Shown: positions 20,801 to 33,279 of the stretch, one piece after another
How positions within the stretch are numbered: position 1 is the first letter of the stretch
Layout: every line of letters starts with the position of its first letter
From: Chrysemys picta bellii
Lineage: Eukaryota
NCBI RefSeq assembly: GCF_011386835.1
Contig: NC_088809.1
Span: 1,178,001-1,242,000 of the forward strand
Direction of reading: 5' to 3'
Length of the DNA: 64,000 bases
Made by a program: the position numbers and the translations under genes
The notes under the pieces: model-generated
Database searches by the model: none
The model's input: only the letters and a program-made list of their open reading frames with translations
What the model was told of the DNA's origin: nothing

Positions 20801-23800
20801 CCCGACTGGGTTCTGAGGACCCATGAAGAAGGTTTGAATCTATGGAGCAGGGAGATGGCTGATGGTTGGTGGGAGCTTTGCTGAGAAGATGGGGAAGGCT
20901 GGAGGATTTTAGGGACAAGCCTCATTAGGGGAGGGGAGTCAGGTGAGGTGTAAACCAGGAAATTCACTTGCTGCTCATGTGATGGCCTGGGATGGTATCC
21001 CTTGGGAGCTGGGTCTCTGGGTCATGCTTCCTCAGGGGGATCCAGGTGCTCTCTGGATCCAAGAGGATTTGTAAGGCTCTTCAGGCATGAGAACAAAGTG
21101 GTTCTTTAGTACCAGCCCTGTATGTATCTAGCCACACTATGGAGGGGCAGGTATCCTGGCAGCCAGTCTACACGGGAGACAGCATTCTGCCATCTGTGCC
21201 CCTTGGAGCCATTCCACTGCCAATAGAAACCTCTGTCCCTCCTGGGGCACATACCGGTCTCTTAGTGTCATGTAAAAGTGATGGGTTCAGTCTCTGGTTG
21301 CCCTGGCGCTGCCATTCTCTTTGATTTCATCCCTGCTTCTCTTTCACCCAGGGACCGGATTGCCCGGATTGGGCTGGGAGTAATCCTGAATTTGACCAAG
21401 GAGCGAGACAGCCCCCAGGTGGCACGCAGCCTCTCAGGTATCCTGGAGCACATGTTCAAACACACTGAGGAGACCTGTTTCCAGCTCATTTCTGACGGGG
21501 GCCTGGATGCCATCCTCTACTGGTGCCGCTGGACCGACCTCGTTGTACTGCGTCACTGCGCCATGGCCCTGGCCAACTGCGCCATGTACGGCGGGCAAGC
21601 CAACCAGCGGCTGATGATCGAGAAGAACACGGCAGAGTGGCTCTTCCCACTGGTGTTCTCCAAAGATGACGAGCTGATCCGCCTGCACGCATGCCTGGCC
21701 ATCACAGTGCTGGCCACCAACAAAGAGATCGAGAAAGAGGTGGAGCGGTCGGGGACCTTGGCGCTGGTGGAGCCCTTCATCGCCTCTCTGGACCCGGAGC
21801 GGTTTGCATGCGACTTGCTGGACAGCAGTGACAACAGTCAGGGAAGGACAGCAAAGGACCTGCAGCATCTGGTGCCCTTGCTGGACAGCTCGCGGCTGGA
21901 GGCGCAGTGCATTGCTCTCTTCTACCTGTGCATAGAGGCCGCCATCAAAGCCAGGCAGAAGAAAACCAAGGTATGGCTGGGTTTGGGGAGGCAGGGTTAC
22001 CTGGGACAAGTAGATGTGGGAGGAGGAGGGGCACTGAGGTTGCATCCAAGCAGCCCTGCAGCCTCTGGGAAATGGGGCATCGCTTGCTCCCCCTGTGTGC
22101 TCACAGTTCTGCCTATTAGGGTGCTGTGGTAGTCCTGAAATGCCCATGTGCCAGGATTGCGCAGCATGAACCAGCGGGAAGGCACTCGGGGAAACAAGGA
22201 TGTGATGGCTCCTGCTCTTCTGTGCCCAGATTTTCAGTGAAATTGGGGCTGCCCAGAGCCTGAAAAGGATAGTGTGTTACTCCACCAACACCACCGCCTC
22301 GTCGCTGGCCAAGAAGGCGCTGCGCATGATGGGTGAGGAGGTGCCTCGACGGATCCTGCCCACCGTCTCCAGCTGGAAACCCATCGAGGTGCAGACGTGG
22401 CTGCAACAGACTGGATTCAACAAATACTGCCAGAGCTTCCTGGTAGGGCCATGCTTGCGGGGAAAAGGGCAATGGAAAGGCCCTTTGCTGGGAACACACA
22501 AAGAACCCACCTTGTAACTGTCTGTAATAAGGAACCCTATAGATCCAACGTCACCCAGAGCAATGGAGCAATTCATGGCCACTGCCACTCCAGGGCAACG
22601 TCTCCACCTGGCACCTTCAGCCTTGAGGAGAGCTAGACGGGACTAGGCCCGTGTCTTGTCTCACCAGTGCTGCAAGCCCCAGAGCAGGAGGCCAGCCCTC
22701 CATCCTCATGCACGGCCATCCCAGGGCAGAATCCTGCCTGATCACAGCTGGGGCAATAGGCCGCCGTGTGTCACGTCTCACCCAGACCCGATAGCCAGAG
22801 CACGCTGGAATCACAGAGCAGGAGTGTGGAGGGAGAGGCTGTCGACGAGCAGTCCCATCTCTGGATGGCAAAGAGAATGGCTTAGGGCACCGGAGCTGCC
22901 TGTGAGCCCCCATGTGGAGCTGCCCACCGTGCACTGCATGAGCATCTCATCCATGCCCCTAGGCTGAGTCTCCTCCCTGGCTCAGGGCTCCATGTGCATT
23001 GTGCAGCAGGCCTTGGTGGGCTGCTCTGACACCTCCTCTCTTGGCAGGAGCATGAGGTGGATGGGGACTTGCTGCTGCGACTGACGGAGACGGATCTGCG
23101 GGAAGATCTGGGGATGGCCTCTAGCATCATCCGGAAGAGGTAGGACCCTTGTGTCCAACAGCAGTCGCTGCAGAGACAAGTGGGAGAGTCCAGGGCAAAG
23201 CCCTTCGACTCTCCCCTCCGTTCCCTGCTGTGACAGGAGCACCAGAGGCAGCTGCCTCTGACCTCACACTGGGAGAGGCTGGGCTCTTGGGGAGGGATAG
23301 CTCAGTGGTTTGAGCATTGGCCTGCTAAAGCCAGGGTTGTGAGTTCAATCCTTGAGGGGGCCATTTAGGGAGCTGGGGCAAAAATCAGTCTGGGGATTGG
23401 TCCTGCTTTGAGCAGGGGGGTTGGACTAGATGACCTCCTGAGGTCCCTTCCAACCCTGATATTCTATGAACTCTGAGGTTCTACTGTACACAAAATGGAC
23501 CTAGAGAAACCACCAAAGGCCCTGTGTCCAGCTGTGACTCCATCCTGCTGCCGGGGGAGTTCTCACAAGGTGGCCAATGCCACAGGGAGTGGCTGGATGG
23601 GAGGGGGAGGGGCTCTTCTCAGCACAGGAACTGGGCTGGGGCCTGTGTGCTACTCAGAAAGCTGCAGACTGACCCTGGATTCTGCTCCCCTGGCTGCAGG
23701 TCCTGCCCCTTCACGTCTCAATGCAGAGATGTTCCATCAATCAATCATCTGTCTGTCTGTCCATCTCTTTCATGCTCCCTTCACCACAGCATCTGGGCAC

Positions 23801-26800
23801 TCTCTTCTCTTCCTGAGTGCCTGCCTGACCCTGAGCCCCATCAAATCCCTCTCCCCCTGTGCTTACATCCATTGACTTGCCAGGTTTTTCCGGGAGCTGA
23901 CGGAGCTGAAGACATATGCAAATTACTCCACCTGCGACCGCAGCAACCTGGCCGACTGGCTGGGCAGCGTTGACCCCAAGTTCCGCCAGTACACGTACAA
24001 CCTGGTGACTTGTGGCATCGACCGCAACTTCCTGCACCGTGTGACGGAGGAGCAGCTGCAGGAGGACTGCCGCATCGATGTGGGCTTCCACCGCGTGCGC
24101 ATTCTCTCTGCCGCTAGGGGTAAGGACCTGTTCCCGTCTCAGCACAGAGACACCGGGGGCCAGTCTGGTCACTGGTCAGACCTGGCCAGGGCTGGTCAGC
24201 TCACTGGGTCGGGGGCTGGATGGGACTAGTCTGACTGCCAGGTGACCATTCACAGATCACCATTAACTCTTCGCTGCTATCCACTCTCATATCTAGAAAT
24301 GCTTCACTCTCCCCTGCCATGCAGTGGCTGCAAATCCACCTCCGAGGGGCCTGATGTGTTTATCAGCTACCGACGGAGCACTGGCTCCCAGCTGGCCAGG
24401 TGAGTGCCGAGGGGATCGCCCCACGTGGACCCACTCCAGGGGAAGGCGCAATGGCGCCCGTTCTGTGTCATGGTGCTGATGGCTTAGGAATGACCCAGGA
24501 TCTCTCTGTGGGCAGAGAAGGACAGAGCAGCATCTGGAGAGGACAGTGCCTGAGGCTCAGTGAGAGCAGAGCAGACTGGAAGGGGAATTCAGCCCCCAAA
24601 CCCCATCCTGCTTCCCTGCTGATGCTGACTTGCACCTTCCTCATTCTACCCCCCTGGTGGCCCAGTCAGAGCAGGGCTTAAAGCCTCCCTCCCTGTTAGT
24701 TCTGTGACAGCCCACACGCCTCGAGCCTGCGCAGGCCTGAGCCAGCAGCTACCGTCTGGAGGGCTGCAGTTGGCTCTGTGGAAGCCTGTTCTCTCGGTGC
24801 CCCTGGCTGAGATGACAAGGACAGGGGGTGCCCTGATGGTGCCTCTCTTGCCCCCAGCCTGCTGAAGGTCCATCTGCAGCTGCATGGCTTCAGCGTGTTC
24901 ATAGATGTGGAGAAGCTGGAGGCGGGGAAGTTTGAGGACAAGCTGATCCAGAGCGTGATGAGCGCCCGCAACTTCGTGCTGGTTCTCTCGCCAAACACGC
25001 TGGATAAGTGCATGGGGGACCCTGACCGCAAGGACTGGGTGCACAAGGTGAGAACCCCCGGGCAGGAGCGCAGAGGGACTTGGTGGCACCGCGGGAGTGG
25101 GAGGGGCTGGAGATGGCTCTGGCTGCCACGTGGGAGCCATGAGCTAAGCTCTGGGCTTTCCCCTCAGGAGATCGTGACGGCCCTGAGCTGTGGGAAGAAC
25201 ATCATCCCTGTGGCTGACCATTTTGAGTGGCCTGATCCCCAGGATCTTCCCGAGGACATGAGGGCTGTCCTGAAATTTAACGGCATCAAGTAAGTGCGGT
25301 CGGGGCCCTGTCCCAGCCGTGCTCCTGCGGTGGCTGCTGACTTGTGTGGCGTGCAGGCAGTGCGATGCAATCTGAGGCGGAGGGCGGGTGAGACAGCAGA
25401 CGCAGGCCGCTGAACGTCACAAGTTCAGGGCAGGGGGTGCCGGCCTCTCTGCCGCTGGGACCCATCTCATCTGGGAGGTGGAATTTTCTTCTCCTGGTCT
25501 CCCTTGAATAATTCTCCTCCCTCCTTGGCGTTTTGGCCCCTCAGCTACCTGCAGGCAGATCTCATGTCTCCTGTTATCCTTCAGCCGAGCAGGGCAGACT
25601 GAGCTCTGTCCATCCCTCCTCCTGACTCAATCGCTCCAGCCCCTTCATTGCTTCTCCTCTTCTTCCCTGAGCTCTGCTTGCCACTCGTGCAGGATCCCAG
25701 ACGCGTCCCAGCACCGATGGCCCCTTGGCACTTTGAATGGCATCCCAGGAGGAGTGGGGGGGTCCCTACTGTGCCTGTGGCCCAGGCTTCCCAGAGTCGC
25801 TACCACGGGGCCATAGCATGAAGGAGCCTTTTCTGTGCTGCTGGGGTTCAGCTCCCTGCCTCTGCTAGCCACAGGCAACCCAAGCCCTGCCTCTCAGCCC
25901 ACGTGGGCTCCACTGGCCCTCATGCAGGTGCCGATAGGACACTCCGACCCCCGCAGTGCCCAGTCCCAGGGCACTGGTCACTTGGGATGTTCCCAAAGGA
26001 ACAGCACCCCAGCTTCCCAGTGACCTGAGACCCCGCTCTGCGTCACACACAGCGCTCAGGTTTGCTTCCTGAGAAAGCAAGTGTATGTAGCAGAGAACAG
26101 AGAGTCATAGGGCAGCCAATAGAAACACTGGAAACAAAGGGTTACTCATAAAATCAAATCCTCACATGCCTGAGCCCTGCTCTGCTGAGCTGCTGTCACC
26201 CCAAAGTCTTTCCCCTGCGCTGTCCCACTGGGATGGCCAAGACCCTGCTTTCATGAGGCCCAGCCTGCCGGCTGCTCCCCTCCCCCAGGATGTCTGTCTG
26301 CACCCCCAGATAGATCCTCTCTCTCCTTTGCTCTTCACTGGAAAACAGACCCCTGGTTACCTCACGAGCTCCCCCATAGCGGGTGACTCCGCATGCTGCC
26401 AGACTCCCACTGGGAGACACACAACACACAATGGCCAATAGGGGAGAGAAGTGGTGGGACCTGACTTAGGGACGCTGCCTGTGGGTGACCTGCCTGTAGC
26501 TACAGTGCCCAGCGTAGACAGAGACATGCCTCCTTTCACAGGACCTGCACGGCCCGTTGGCAAGGGGATGATGTGACACCCGTACGTGAGCGCTGGGGAA
26601 CTAGAATGTAAACACCAGCCCCAGGGTTTCCTGTAACCCGTATGCACCTCTGTGCCCTCTGCCAGTTGGTATCGAGGTTCTTCGGTCACAATGGCATCCG
26701 GGGAGGGGGTCTGACAGTGCCCATAACCCGGGCACACTGAACAGCACCCGGGGGGCAGTCTGACAGTACCCGTGGCCCGGGCACATGAACAGCATCCGGG

Positions 26801-27065
26801 GGCGGGGGGGTCTGATAGTGCCCGTGGCCGGCGCATCGAGCTCACCTGCAGACTTTCGAGTCCATTGAGCAGGGTGTGATAGTCCGTTTTCTCCCCTGGA
26901 TGCAGATGGTCCCATGAGTACCAGGAGGCCACAATCGAGAAGATTATCCGCTTCCTCCAGGGCCGCTCATCCCGGGATTCTTCAGCTGGCTCAGAGAACA
27001 GCCTGGAGTGTGCAGCCCCTCTCGGGCAGACCTACAGCCAGGCAGGGCCGCCCCATATCCTCTAG
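14407..27065 (+). CDS. SARM1: SARM1 NAD(+) hydrolase, join(14407..14861,21352..21970,22230..22442,23048..23139,23884..24119,24297..24399,24858..25047,25168..25289,26906..27065), 729 aa
   Basis: N-terminal [22 protein letters not shown] repeats, two SAM domains, TIR with DVFISYRR and WVHK-E-IV catalytic Glu; 2190 nt in frame. Confidence 0.98.
16556..17265. mobile_element. hAT (Blackjack-like) non-autonomous element in SARM1 intron 1
   Basis: TIRs TAGGGTGACCAGA / TCTGGTCACCCTA; perfect 8-bp TSD CTCTAGCG. Confidence 0.93.
16791..17080. repeat. 64-bp G-rich tandem repeat (about 4.5 copies) inside the hAT element
   Basis: Unit starts at 16791, 16855, 16919, 16983, 17047; near-identical copies. 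Confidence 0.93.
20161..20367. mobile_element. hAT MITE
   Basis: TIRs CAGGGCCGGCTCCAG / CTGGAGCCGGCCCTG; TSD gacaggaa / ggcaggaa (7/8); internal inverted repeat cggcaattcggcgg / ccgccgaattgccg. Confidence 0.9.
21352..21970 (+). CDS. SARM1: SARM1 exon 2 (ARM repeats)
   Basis: [14 protein letters not shown]...EHMFKH...KARQKKTK; 619 bp. Confidence 0.97.
22230..22442 (+). CDS. SARM1: SARM1 exon 3
   Basis: [15 protein letters not shown]...[10 protein letters not shown]...[15 protein letters not shown]; 213 bp. Confidence 0.96.
23048..23139 (+). CDS. SARM1: SARM1 exon 4 (SAM1)
   Basis: [30 protein letters not shown]; 92 bp. Confidence 0.96.
23289..23469 (+). mobile_element. Tortoise-type polIII SINE (tRNA-derived head, CR1-like tail) in SARM1 intron 4
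   Basis: A-box TAGCTCAGTGG 23298-23308, B-box GAGTTCAATCC 23341-23351, tail gatgacctcctgaggtcccttccaaccctgatattctatg. Confidence 0.92.
23884..24119 (+). CDS. SARM1: SARM1 exon 5 (SAM2)
   Basis: [27 protein letters not shown]...[12 protein letters not shown]; 236 bp. Confidence 0.97.
24297..24399 (+). CDS. SARM1: SARM1 exon 6 (TIR start)
   Basis: EMLHSPLP...[16 protein letters not shown]; 103 bp. Confidence 0.96.
24858..25047 (+). CDS. SARM1: SARM1 exon 7 (TIR)
   Basis: [29 protein letters not shown]...KDWVHK; 190 bp. Confidence 0.97.
25168..25289 (+). CDS. SARM1: SARM1 exon 8 (first codon is the catalytic Glu)
   Basis: [15 protein letters not shown]...VLKFNGI; 122 bp. Confidence 0.97.
26692..26840. 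repeat. About 50-bp tandem repeat (3 copies) in SARM1 intron 8
   Basis: tctga(c/t)agt(g/a)ccc...ccgggcaca...gaacagca modules at 26710, 26759, 26811. Confidence 0.8.
26906..27065 (+). CDS. SARM1: SARM1 exon 9 coding part
   Basis: [52 protein letters not shown]; TAG at 27063-27065. Confidence 0.93.
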
Positions 27066-27647
27066 GGCAGTGTTGTTCAACCAGGGACCTGCTTGCTGCT
27101 TTCCTACACTGCATCAGGGAGATCTCAGGGCGTGGCGCCGGTCCTCAGCCCGGCAACTGAGAAACACGGTGCTAGGCACTTCCCAGAAGCGCTCTCCCCA
27201 AGTGGGGTTAAATCCTTCCTGTTAGAGCTTCCTGCTTCCAGGGCTGCGCCCTGGGCCTACCCCTGAGGGACCTGGACCACTTCCCTGGCTCAGACAGTGC
27301 AAGAGGAAGGGCCCTTGGCTGGGGCAGCAGCCGAATATCAACTCTCTAATTACCCTCCCGTCCTCGAATCCAGCCCCGGCACCGAAAGGGATGTTCTCCC
27401 CTTAAGAGCAAACACCACTTCCTATCTGCCTCCTACAGCCTGAGCCTGTGGGGGCCAGACAAGAGGGCCCGTCCCAATGCCCCCGGGGCAGGGAGACAGC
27501 TGTTCCCCTTCCCTCGCCATGACGCCCACTCGTCTGACTCCCCCAGCCTGCAGAGAAAGTGATGGAGAACGCAGACCCCACCCAGAGATGTTTGCAGGAA
27601 GGAGGGGAGGGGGAGGAAGGGGCAGTTGAGAGGAAGTGGCCCATGCA

Positions 27648-27770
27648 TAAGGCTACGATTTAGTCACAGGTATTTTTAGTGAGTCACGGACAGGCCAGAG
27701 ACAATAAAAGTCACGGCCAGTGATCTGTCCGTGACTTTTACTAAAAACACCCGTGCCTAAATCTTAGGTG
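27648..27770. mobile_element. Short palindromic MITE (hAT-like), degenerate right end
   Basis: Arms gatttagtcacaggtatttttagt...cacggacag and ctgtccgtgacttttactaaaaacacccgtgcctaaatc. Confidence 0.7.
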
Positions 27771-30149
27771 CTATTGGGGGGAGGGGTGCTCTGGCAGTCG
27801 CTGCTGCTCCTGGGGGTGGGGTCAGCCTGGGGCCCCACCGCCGCTCCTCCGGGCAGTGCCTGGGACCAGTTGCCTGGGGTCGCCTGAGCAGCGACCAGCG
27901 TGGCTGGTCCTAGGGCCGCCCCAGCTGCTCGGGCGGCCCTGGGCTCAGCCGCACCAGCCGCTGCAGCTGCAGAAGTTACAGAGGTCCCAGAAAGTCATGG
28001 ACTCCGTCACCTCCGTGAAAGACTCGCACCCTTACCCACGAGCTGTGTATTCACGAGGACTTCACAAGGGAGCATCACGCAGCTGGCACAGGCTGCCATG
28101 TGGACTCCAGCTCCTGCACTTACACGCCCTGCTGGTGCCTGGGGACCATTACCAAGGGCAGCAGCTCAGGGAGCGAGTGGCACCACAAAGTGCCAATGGG
28201 CAGGAGAGGCCAAATGAAAGCAAAGCCCTGGAGCAATCCCCTTGTTTTATGTCAGGTCCTTACCACCTGCCTAGGTGGAGACCTCCCCTCCCCCCATCCC
28301 AAACAGCAGCTCCTGCCACCTCCTCGCGGCCTCTCTCCACACGCTGCCCAGCCTGGGGAGCCCTTTGCTTCTAGCTCAGGTAGAAATCTTTCCCGGGGGC
28401 CTTTGCAAAGTGCATCTTGTTTTTATCACCTGACGTCTCAGTTCTTGCCACTCTGGTGCCGTTGTAAAGCATTGTCAGGCCCATGTATGCAGGGCACAAA
28501 GCTGCCCGGGGCCCGGAGCGCGCTGCTGGGCGCGGCGCGGCGTGGAAGGACGTTAGCTGCTGCATTGTACCTGTGGGATCATTATACACCGGCAAGGCAC
28601 TGGGCTGTGGCTGTGTTTTATTCCTGCCGGCTCTGCTCTTCATCCCAGATTTGTCCTGGCTCCTGCTCCGCTCAGAGGGAGGGGTCCGCGTGAGCGTCCC
28701 TCCAGCTTAGGCTTTGTTGGCTCCAGCGTTAAGTGACAGGCCGTTTCCTCACCTCCCCCATCCCGCTCACAAGCCAGATCCTCTGCACATTCAGAATCGG
28801 CCAGCAGGGTAGTGGGGATGGGAGCAGAGGCCATTGCCGAGGCCGACGGGGTTTCCTGGGTGTGGGGCTGGGCTGACAGCAGGACCTTGCAAGATGTGGG
28901 GCCAGGCACAGTTGGCCCATGTACTGTGGGCCCCGTTCACCGGGGGAGCGGGGGCTGTACTGCAGCTGGAGCTCAAACACAGGGCTTGTTTGCTTTACTT
29001 TGCCCCTTTCTGTGGCATCTGTGGGTGCAGGAGAAGCCTGATGTCAGGCAGCCAATGCGAGATGGTCTCAGCTCGCTGTGCTGGGGCCTGGACCTCACCC
29101 TGCACCTACACCTCTGATCTTTGGCTGCTCTTAACAGGCCCCTTTCTGATGCAGGAACTGGCCAGGGCTGTTCTTGGAGGAGATTTCGTCTCCTCCAAAG
29201 GGGTCCCCACTCTGCAGGCTGAAGCTGGCTGCTTGGGGCCACACCAAGCCCAGCCCTGCCCTAGGAAAGGAAAGGTCATTGGCCTATTGAGCAGTGACAG
29301 CACGGTCCCCCTGCACACCCAGCAAGACAGACTTCCAGCTCCAGGTGACACACTGTGACCGGATGGCCAACAGAGGGCGCTCCTCGGGTACCACAGACAT
29401 CACTTCTCATCCCCATCTTCACTGCAGCTCTCCTGCCTGTTCCTTCCTGCTTCCATTCACAGGGCAGCTCCTGCAGCAGCCCCCGCAGAGCGCAGCGCAA
29501 ACGCTTCAAGCCTGGCTGGAGCGTCAGGCCCACGGCGGGTAAACGCCCGGGGGCCTCTGCACAGCACTCTGGGTACAGGAGCCACCCACCCGAGCACTGA
29601 GCAGGTTGCTTAGTCTCAGCAACGCTGCGGAGCAGTTACAGCCGCCGAGCCCTCTCTGCCCACAAGCCGGCAGGCTCCAGCCACACGAGATGGGTCCAAA
29701 GAAAATGGGATGCGGTGAAGGAACATTCATTATTAATGAGTGGAGATGATGGGCTCCTGAATGAAGAATTGCTTTCAATTAGAGGCATTGGGGTTTGAGT
29801 GAGTGATGCCACAGGCCAGCAGCAGGTGGGGTGGCACAGCAATGCGCCTGCAGCTGATGTGATCCAAGACAGCCATAGGCACAGGGACACAGCCTGCCTA
29901 GGCTCTGCTCCCTCCGGCCTGCACCTTCTCTGCCACCCAAGCCTACGGGGTGGGGAGGAGCCCAGCGCATGTCACTTTGGGATCCGACTGGAGAGTCTAA
30001 CCCCAGCAGCACTGCAGGCCCCACTCAGGCCTCTCCTCCCCATGTGCTGAATGAAGGGGCGGAGCCTGTTGTACGCTGCACTGGCCCAGAGTCACCTGCG
30101 TGGATTTTAGGGCAAGAGGGCACCATTGCTCATCAAGGCCAGCCAGACT

Positions 30150-30300
30150 TCTCCCTTGGGAAGGCATGAACCATCAGGCCTTAGGAAACTCCAGCTAGTA
30201 CAAGATGCTGCAGTACGTCTCCTCAGCATCACGGGCTACTGTGAGCCCATTCAGCCTGTCCTCCACCCTTTACACTGGCTTCCCATAGCCAAGAGAGTCA
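30150..30300 (+). mobile_element. L2-clade LINE ORF2 C-terminal remnant
   Basis: LRKLQLVQDAAVRLL...IQPVLHPLHWLPI, matching the L2-type KLQLVQNAAARL...LHWLP motif. Confidence 0.7.
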
Positions 30301-31584
30301 AAGACAAGGACCTGTAAAGCCTAAGGCACAGGATGAGAGCCACGGCAAACAACTCCACCTCTCAGGCACAGTGGAACTTCCTACCATGAGGACAAAGTTG
30401 GTCTGTGTGGGAGACAGAGCTTGCTGGGGGGCTGGTCGGAGACTGTGCACAAACTCCCCAGGAGCTAAGGATCAGCCCAAATTCCCACTCCCCGAGGCAC
30501 TGCGCCGACCTGCCTTCTCTAACGCAGACCGAGCAGCGTGGCTATAGCGAGGGGGGAACCCTACCAAAACATTCCACTGCCCACATATTCTCTCCCGGAA
30601 AGAGGGCGAGAGACAGAACAAACCACAGGAGGCAGCTGCTAGCCGTGTTCCTTCATGCGTGAGCAGAAGGTGCTGAGGGCAATCCAAGAACCTGTATAAT
30701 ATAGACTAGAAAGGCTCCCAGCCTCCCTTTTACCCTGGCCCTGGATGTCGTGGGCAGGTTTGGGATTAATGTGAGTGAGCATGGTACCCATTGTATTCTA
30801 AGGACACCCATACCTGCTGCTCACAGCCACGCTGTGGTAGGTCGTGCACTGGCCCCATGCTTGAGGATCTGGGAGGAGAGCCAACAAAAAGAGCTGTTGT
30901 TCTTCCATAAATCCTATTGGATTCTTCCTTTACACACAGTGGGTGACTGACACACAAAGCGAGCATGGTGGGACCAGTGAAATCGAACTGCACAGACACT
31001 GCCAGCTGGTGATCCTGGCCAGGAAAACGGACCTGCAGCCCAAGGGGACCAGCTAGGATTTAGTGGCCTGATGCTGCCTTGAGGAATTCAGATACAAATT
31101 CATCCACAGCCCTGAACTCCCAGCATGCCCCGTTTGTAGGGAAAGTCAGCGTAGGCCCTAAGCTCAGAGTTGCACAGGCAGCCCCAGCACTGAGCTTTAT
31201 ATTGACATAAAGCATCCGACCACGGCTCTGCTTCTCCCATTCTCCCCTCACGCACCTTCCTGCTGCCTGCTCCTTCTCTCCCCACTCCCCACTCCAGCAG
31301 AGGCGAAACAAGAGCTTGGGCTGATTTGGCAAACACTGCCTATTATATTTACAGGCAGGTAACAGAATCAGAGCTGCTGTGAGCTTCACTCCAGTGCCCA
31401 GGAAAAGGTTAACCCAGTGTGTAGCTGCTGCTAGCAAGTCTCAGGGGATCATCTCTAATCTTTATGGCTCCAGGCTCTTTGATGAGCTCATTCTTCACCT
31501 GGCATCAGATTATTTGCTGCTGCTTTTCTCTCCAAAGTCTTCAACCCAAGAGAGAAAAGCAGGAGAATAACGGAGAGAGATAAG

Positions 31585-32023
31585 CGGGGAAGGAAGTCTG
31601 GACAAACTGGAGAGAGTCCACAGGATAGCAACACAAACGATAAAAGGTTTAGAAAACCTGACCTATGAGGAAACATTTAGAAAATGGGTATGTTTAGTTT
31701 TGAGAAAAGACGACAGTCTTCAAATGTGTTCAGGGCTGTTATAAAGAGGACGGTGATCAATTGTTCTCCATGTAGGACAAGTAGTAATGGGCTTAATCTG
31801 CAGCCGGGGAGATTTAGGTTAGCTATTAGGGAAAACATTCTAACAGTAAGGATAGTTAAGTATTGGAATGTGTTACCCTGTAGGATCCCCACCCCTAGGA
31901 GTGTTTATAAGCAGACACCTGCCACAGATGGTCGAGGTTTCCTTGGTCCTGCCTCAGCACAGGGGGCTGAGCTAGAAAACAACCGCTCAAGGTCCCTTCC
32001 ACCCTTAAACGTTTATGATTCTA
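31585..32023 (+). mobile_element. CR1 LINE 3' fragment
   Basis: GLENLTYEE / FSFEKRR remnants; tail aaggtcccttcc...tatgattcta. Confidence 0.85.
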
Positions 32024-32420
32024 TAAAAGAACTCTGCTGCCAAGGCCAGCCTTTATGGGCCACGAGAGGAACTAGGGACTTGCTATTCTGGGAATGAGCA
32101 ATCTTGTCCTTGTCATAAATCTGATTAGAAAACGGCACTGGCAGCACCTTGGAGCCTTGCATAAGGGGTTTGTTATCAGCAGTGCCTCTTAGTTACTGTA
32201 CAGATCATATAATCAAGAGGAAACAAGTTTAACAGCTGTTAGAAGAACAGCTGTGAAGGCTTTGAACACCCATGGGCTGGGGAGAGGTGGTACTACCCCA
32301 GCAGGGGATAGCTGAGCGAGTGACAACGTGAAGATATGATGGCACCTGTCACCCTCTGGGAAGAGGAGCAGCAGTCAGCTCGCTGACAGAAGAGTACGTC
32401 CCACAGAACATATATTTTCC

Positions 32421-32466
32421 CCCTGCAAATACACCCCCCGCCCTGCAAATACACCCCCCGCCCTGC
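32421..32466. repeat. 20-bp perfect tandem duplication ccctgcaaatacaccccccg (2.3 copies)
   Basis: Direct inspection. Confidence 0.85.
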
Positions 32467-32499
32467 TCCCACATCCAGCTCAGCCTAGTGATGGGATGA

Positions 32500-32560
32500 G
32501 ACTGGTCCTGGCTCTGCCATTCACTTACTCTGTGGCCTTGGGAAGTCACTTAATCCACAG
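32500..32560 (+). mobile_element. MIR/CORE-SINE core fragment
   Basis: cctggctctgccattcacttactctgtggccttgggaagtcacttaa resembles the MIR core. Confidence 0.55.
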
Positions 32561-33279
32561 TTATTGAACTTAGGTGCCCACAGTTATGGATGATGGGACA
32601 GGTTTAGCTTTAACCCGTCTACCTCAGGTTCCAACCTGCACAGCCCACCTTTGCAAAGAACTTTGAAATCCTGGGCTGAAGGGCACTAGGGGAAGGGCCT
32701 TGGCACTTCCCCGCTCAGCGGCACACACTGCACTGCAGCTGAGGCTAACAGCTGAGCTCCACGGGAATTGTGTGCAGTGCCATTAGTGCTTCCAAAGGGC
32801 CCCATGAATGGGTTCTGCAGCTAGACAGGCAGGAAGGGAGAATGTCCCTCCAGATGCTCACACACTCCTGGGAAGACTTGCTTCTCACTCTCAGCACTGC
32901 TACAAGAGCCTGGCCTGAGCAGTAACGTGCAAAACAAGTCTGTTACCCTGGTGCAGACGGGGGCCGGGGGCCTGCCTCCCTCTCTCTACAGTCTATTCAG
33001 CCAGTGCTGGGCTTCCTCTACTTCCGTTGTGCCCTTCAGGGGCCATCTCTTCCTGGAGGGAGAGGTGCATTTGGTCTCGAGTTTCTTTTTCCATATTAAC
33101 GGCTTATTGGCCACTCAACAGGGAAGAGCTCACTCTGTTCAGAGGGGAAGTTGCTCCCTGGCATCACTCGCAACCCCTCAGCAGGAGCGTACGTTCCCCC
33201 CTGGGCCGCCAGCATGCCCTGTTAGTTTTCACTCCTCTGTCACCTGCAAATGGGCATCAACAGCAGCTCTTTCTACCCC

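Noticed and set aside
23289-23365. tRNA-like sequence
   Set aside because: Continues into a CR1-like tail and lacks a complete cloverleaf; it is a SINE head.
24160-24250. tctggtcac...gtgacca motifs resembling hAT termini in SARM1 intron 5
   Set aside because: Wrong orientation for TIRs, incomplete, no TSD.
24297-27065. TIR NADase as a prokaryote-like defence system
   Set aside because: It is the ordinary intron-containing vertebrate SARM1 in conserved synteny.
27800-30100. Additional spliced gene between SARM1 and SLC46A1
   Set aside because: Scattered splice-like sites but I could not build a phase-consistent chain; small CpG patch at 28490-28560 has no other support.
32990-33095. Minus-strand peptide MEKETRDQ... 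considered as SLC46A1 last exon
   Set aside because: No in-phase acceptor; 33551-33608 has the right size, phase and sequence.
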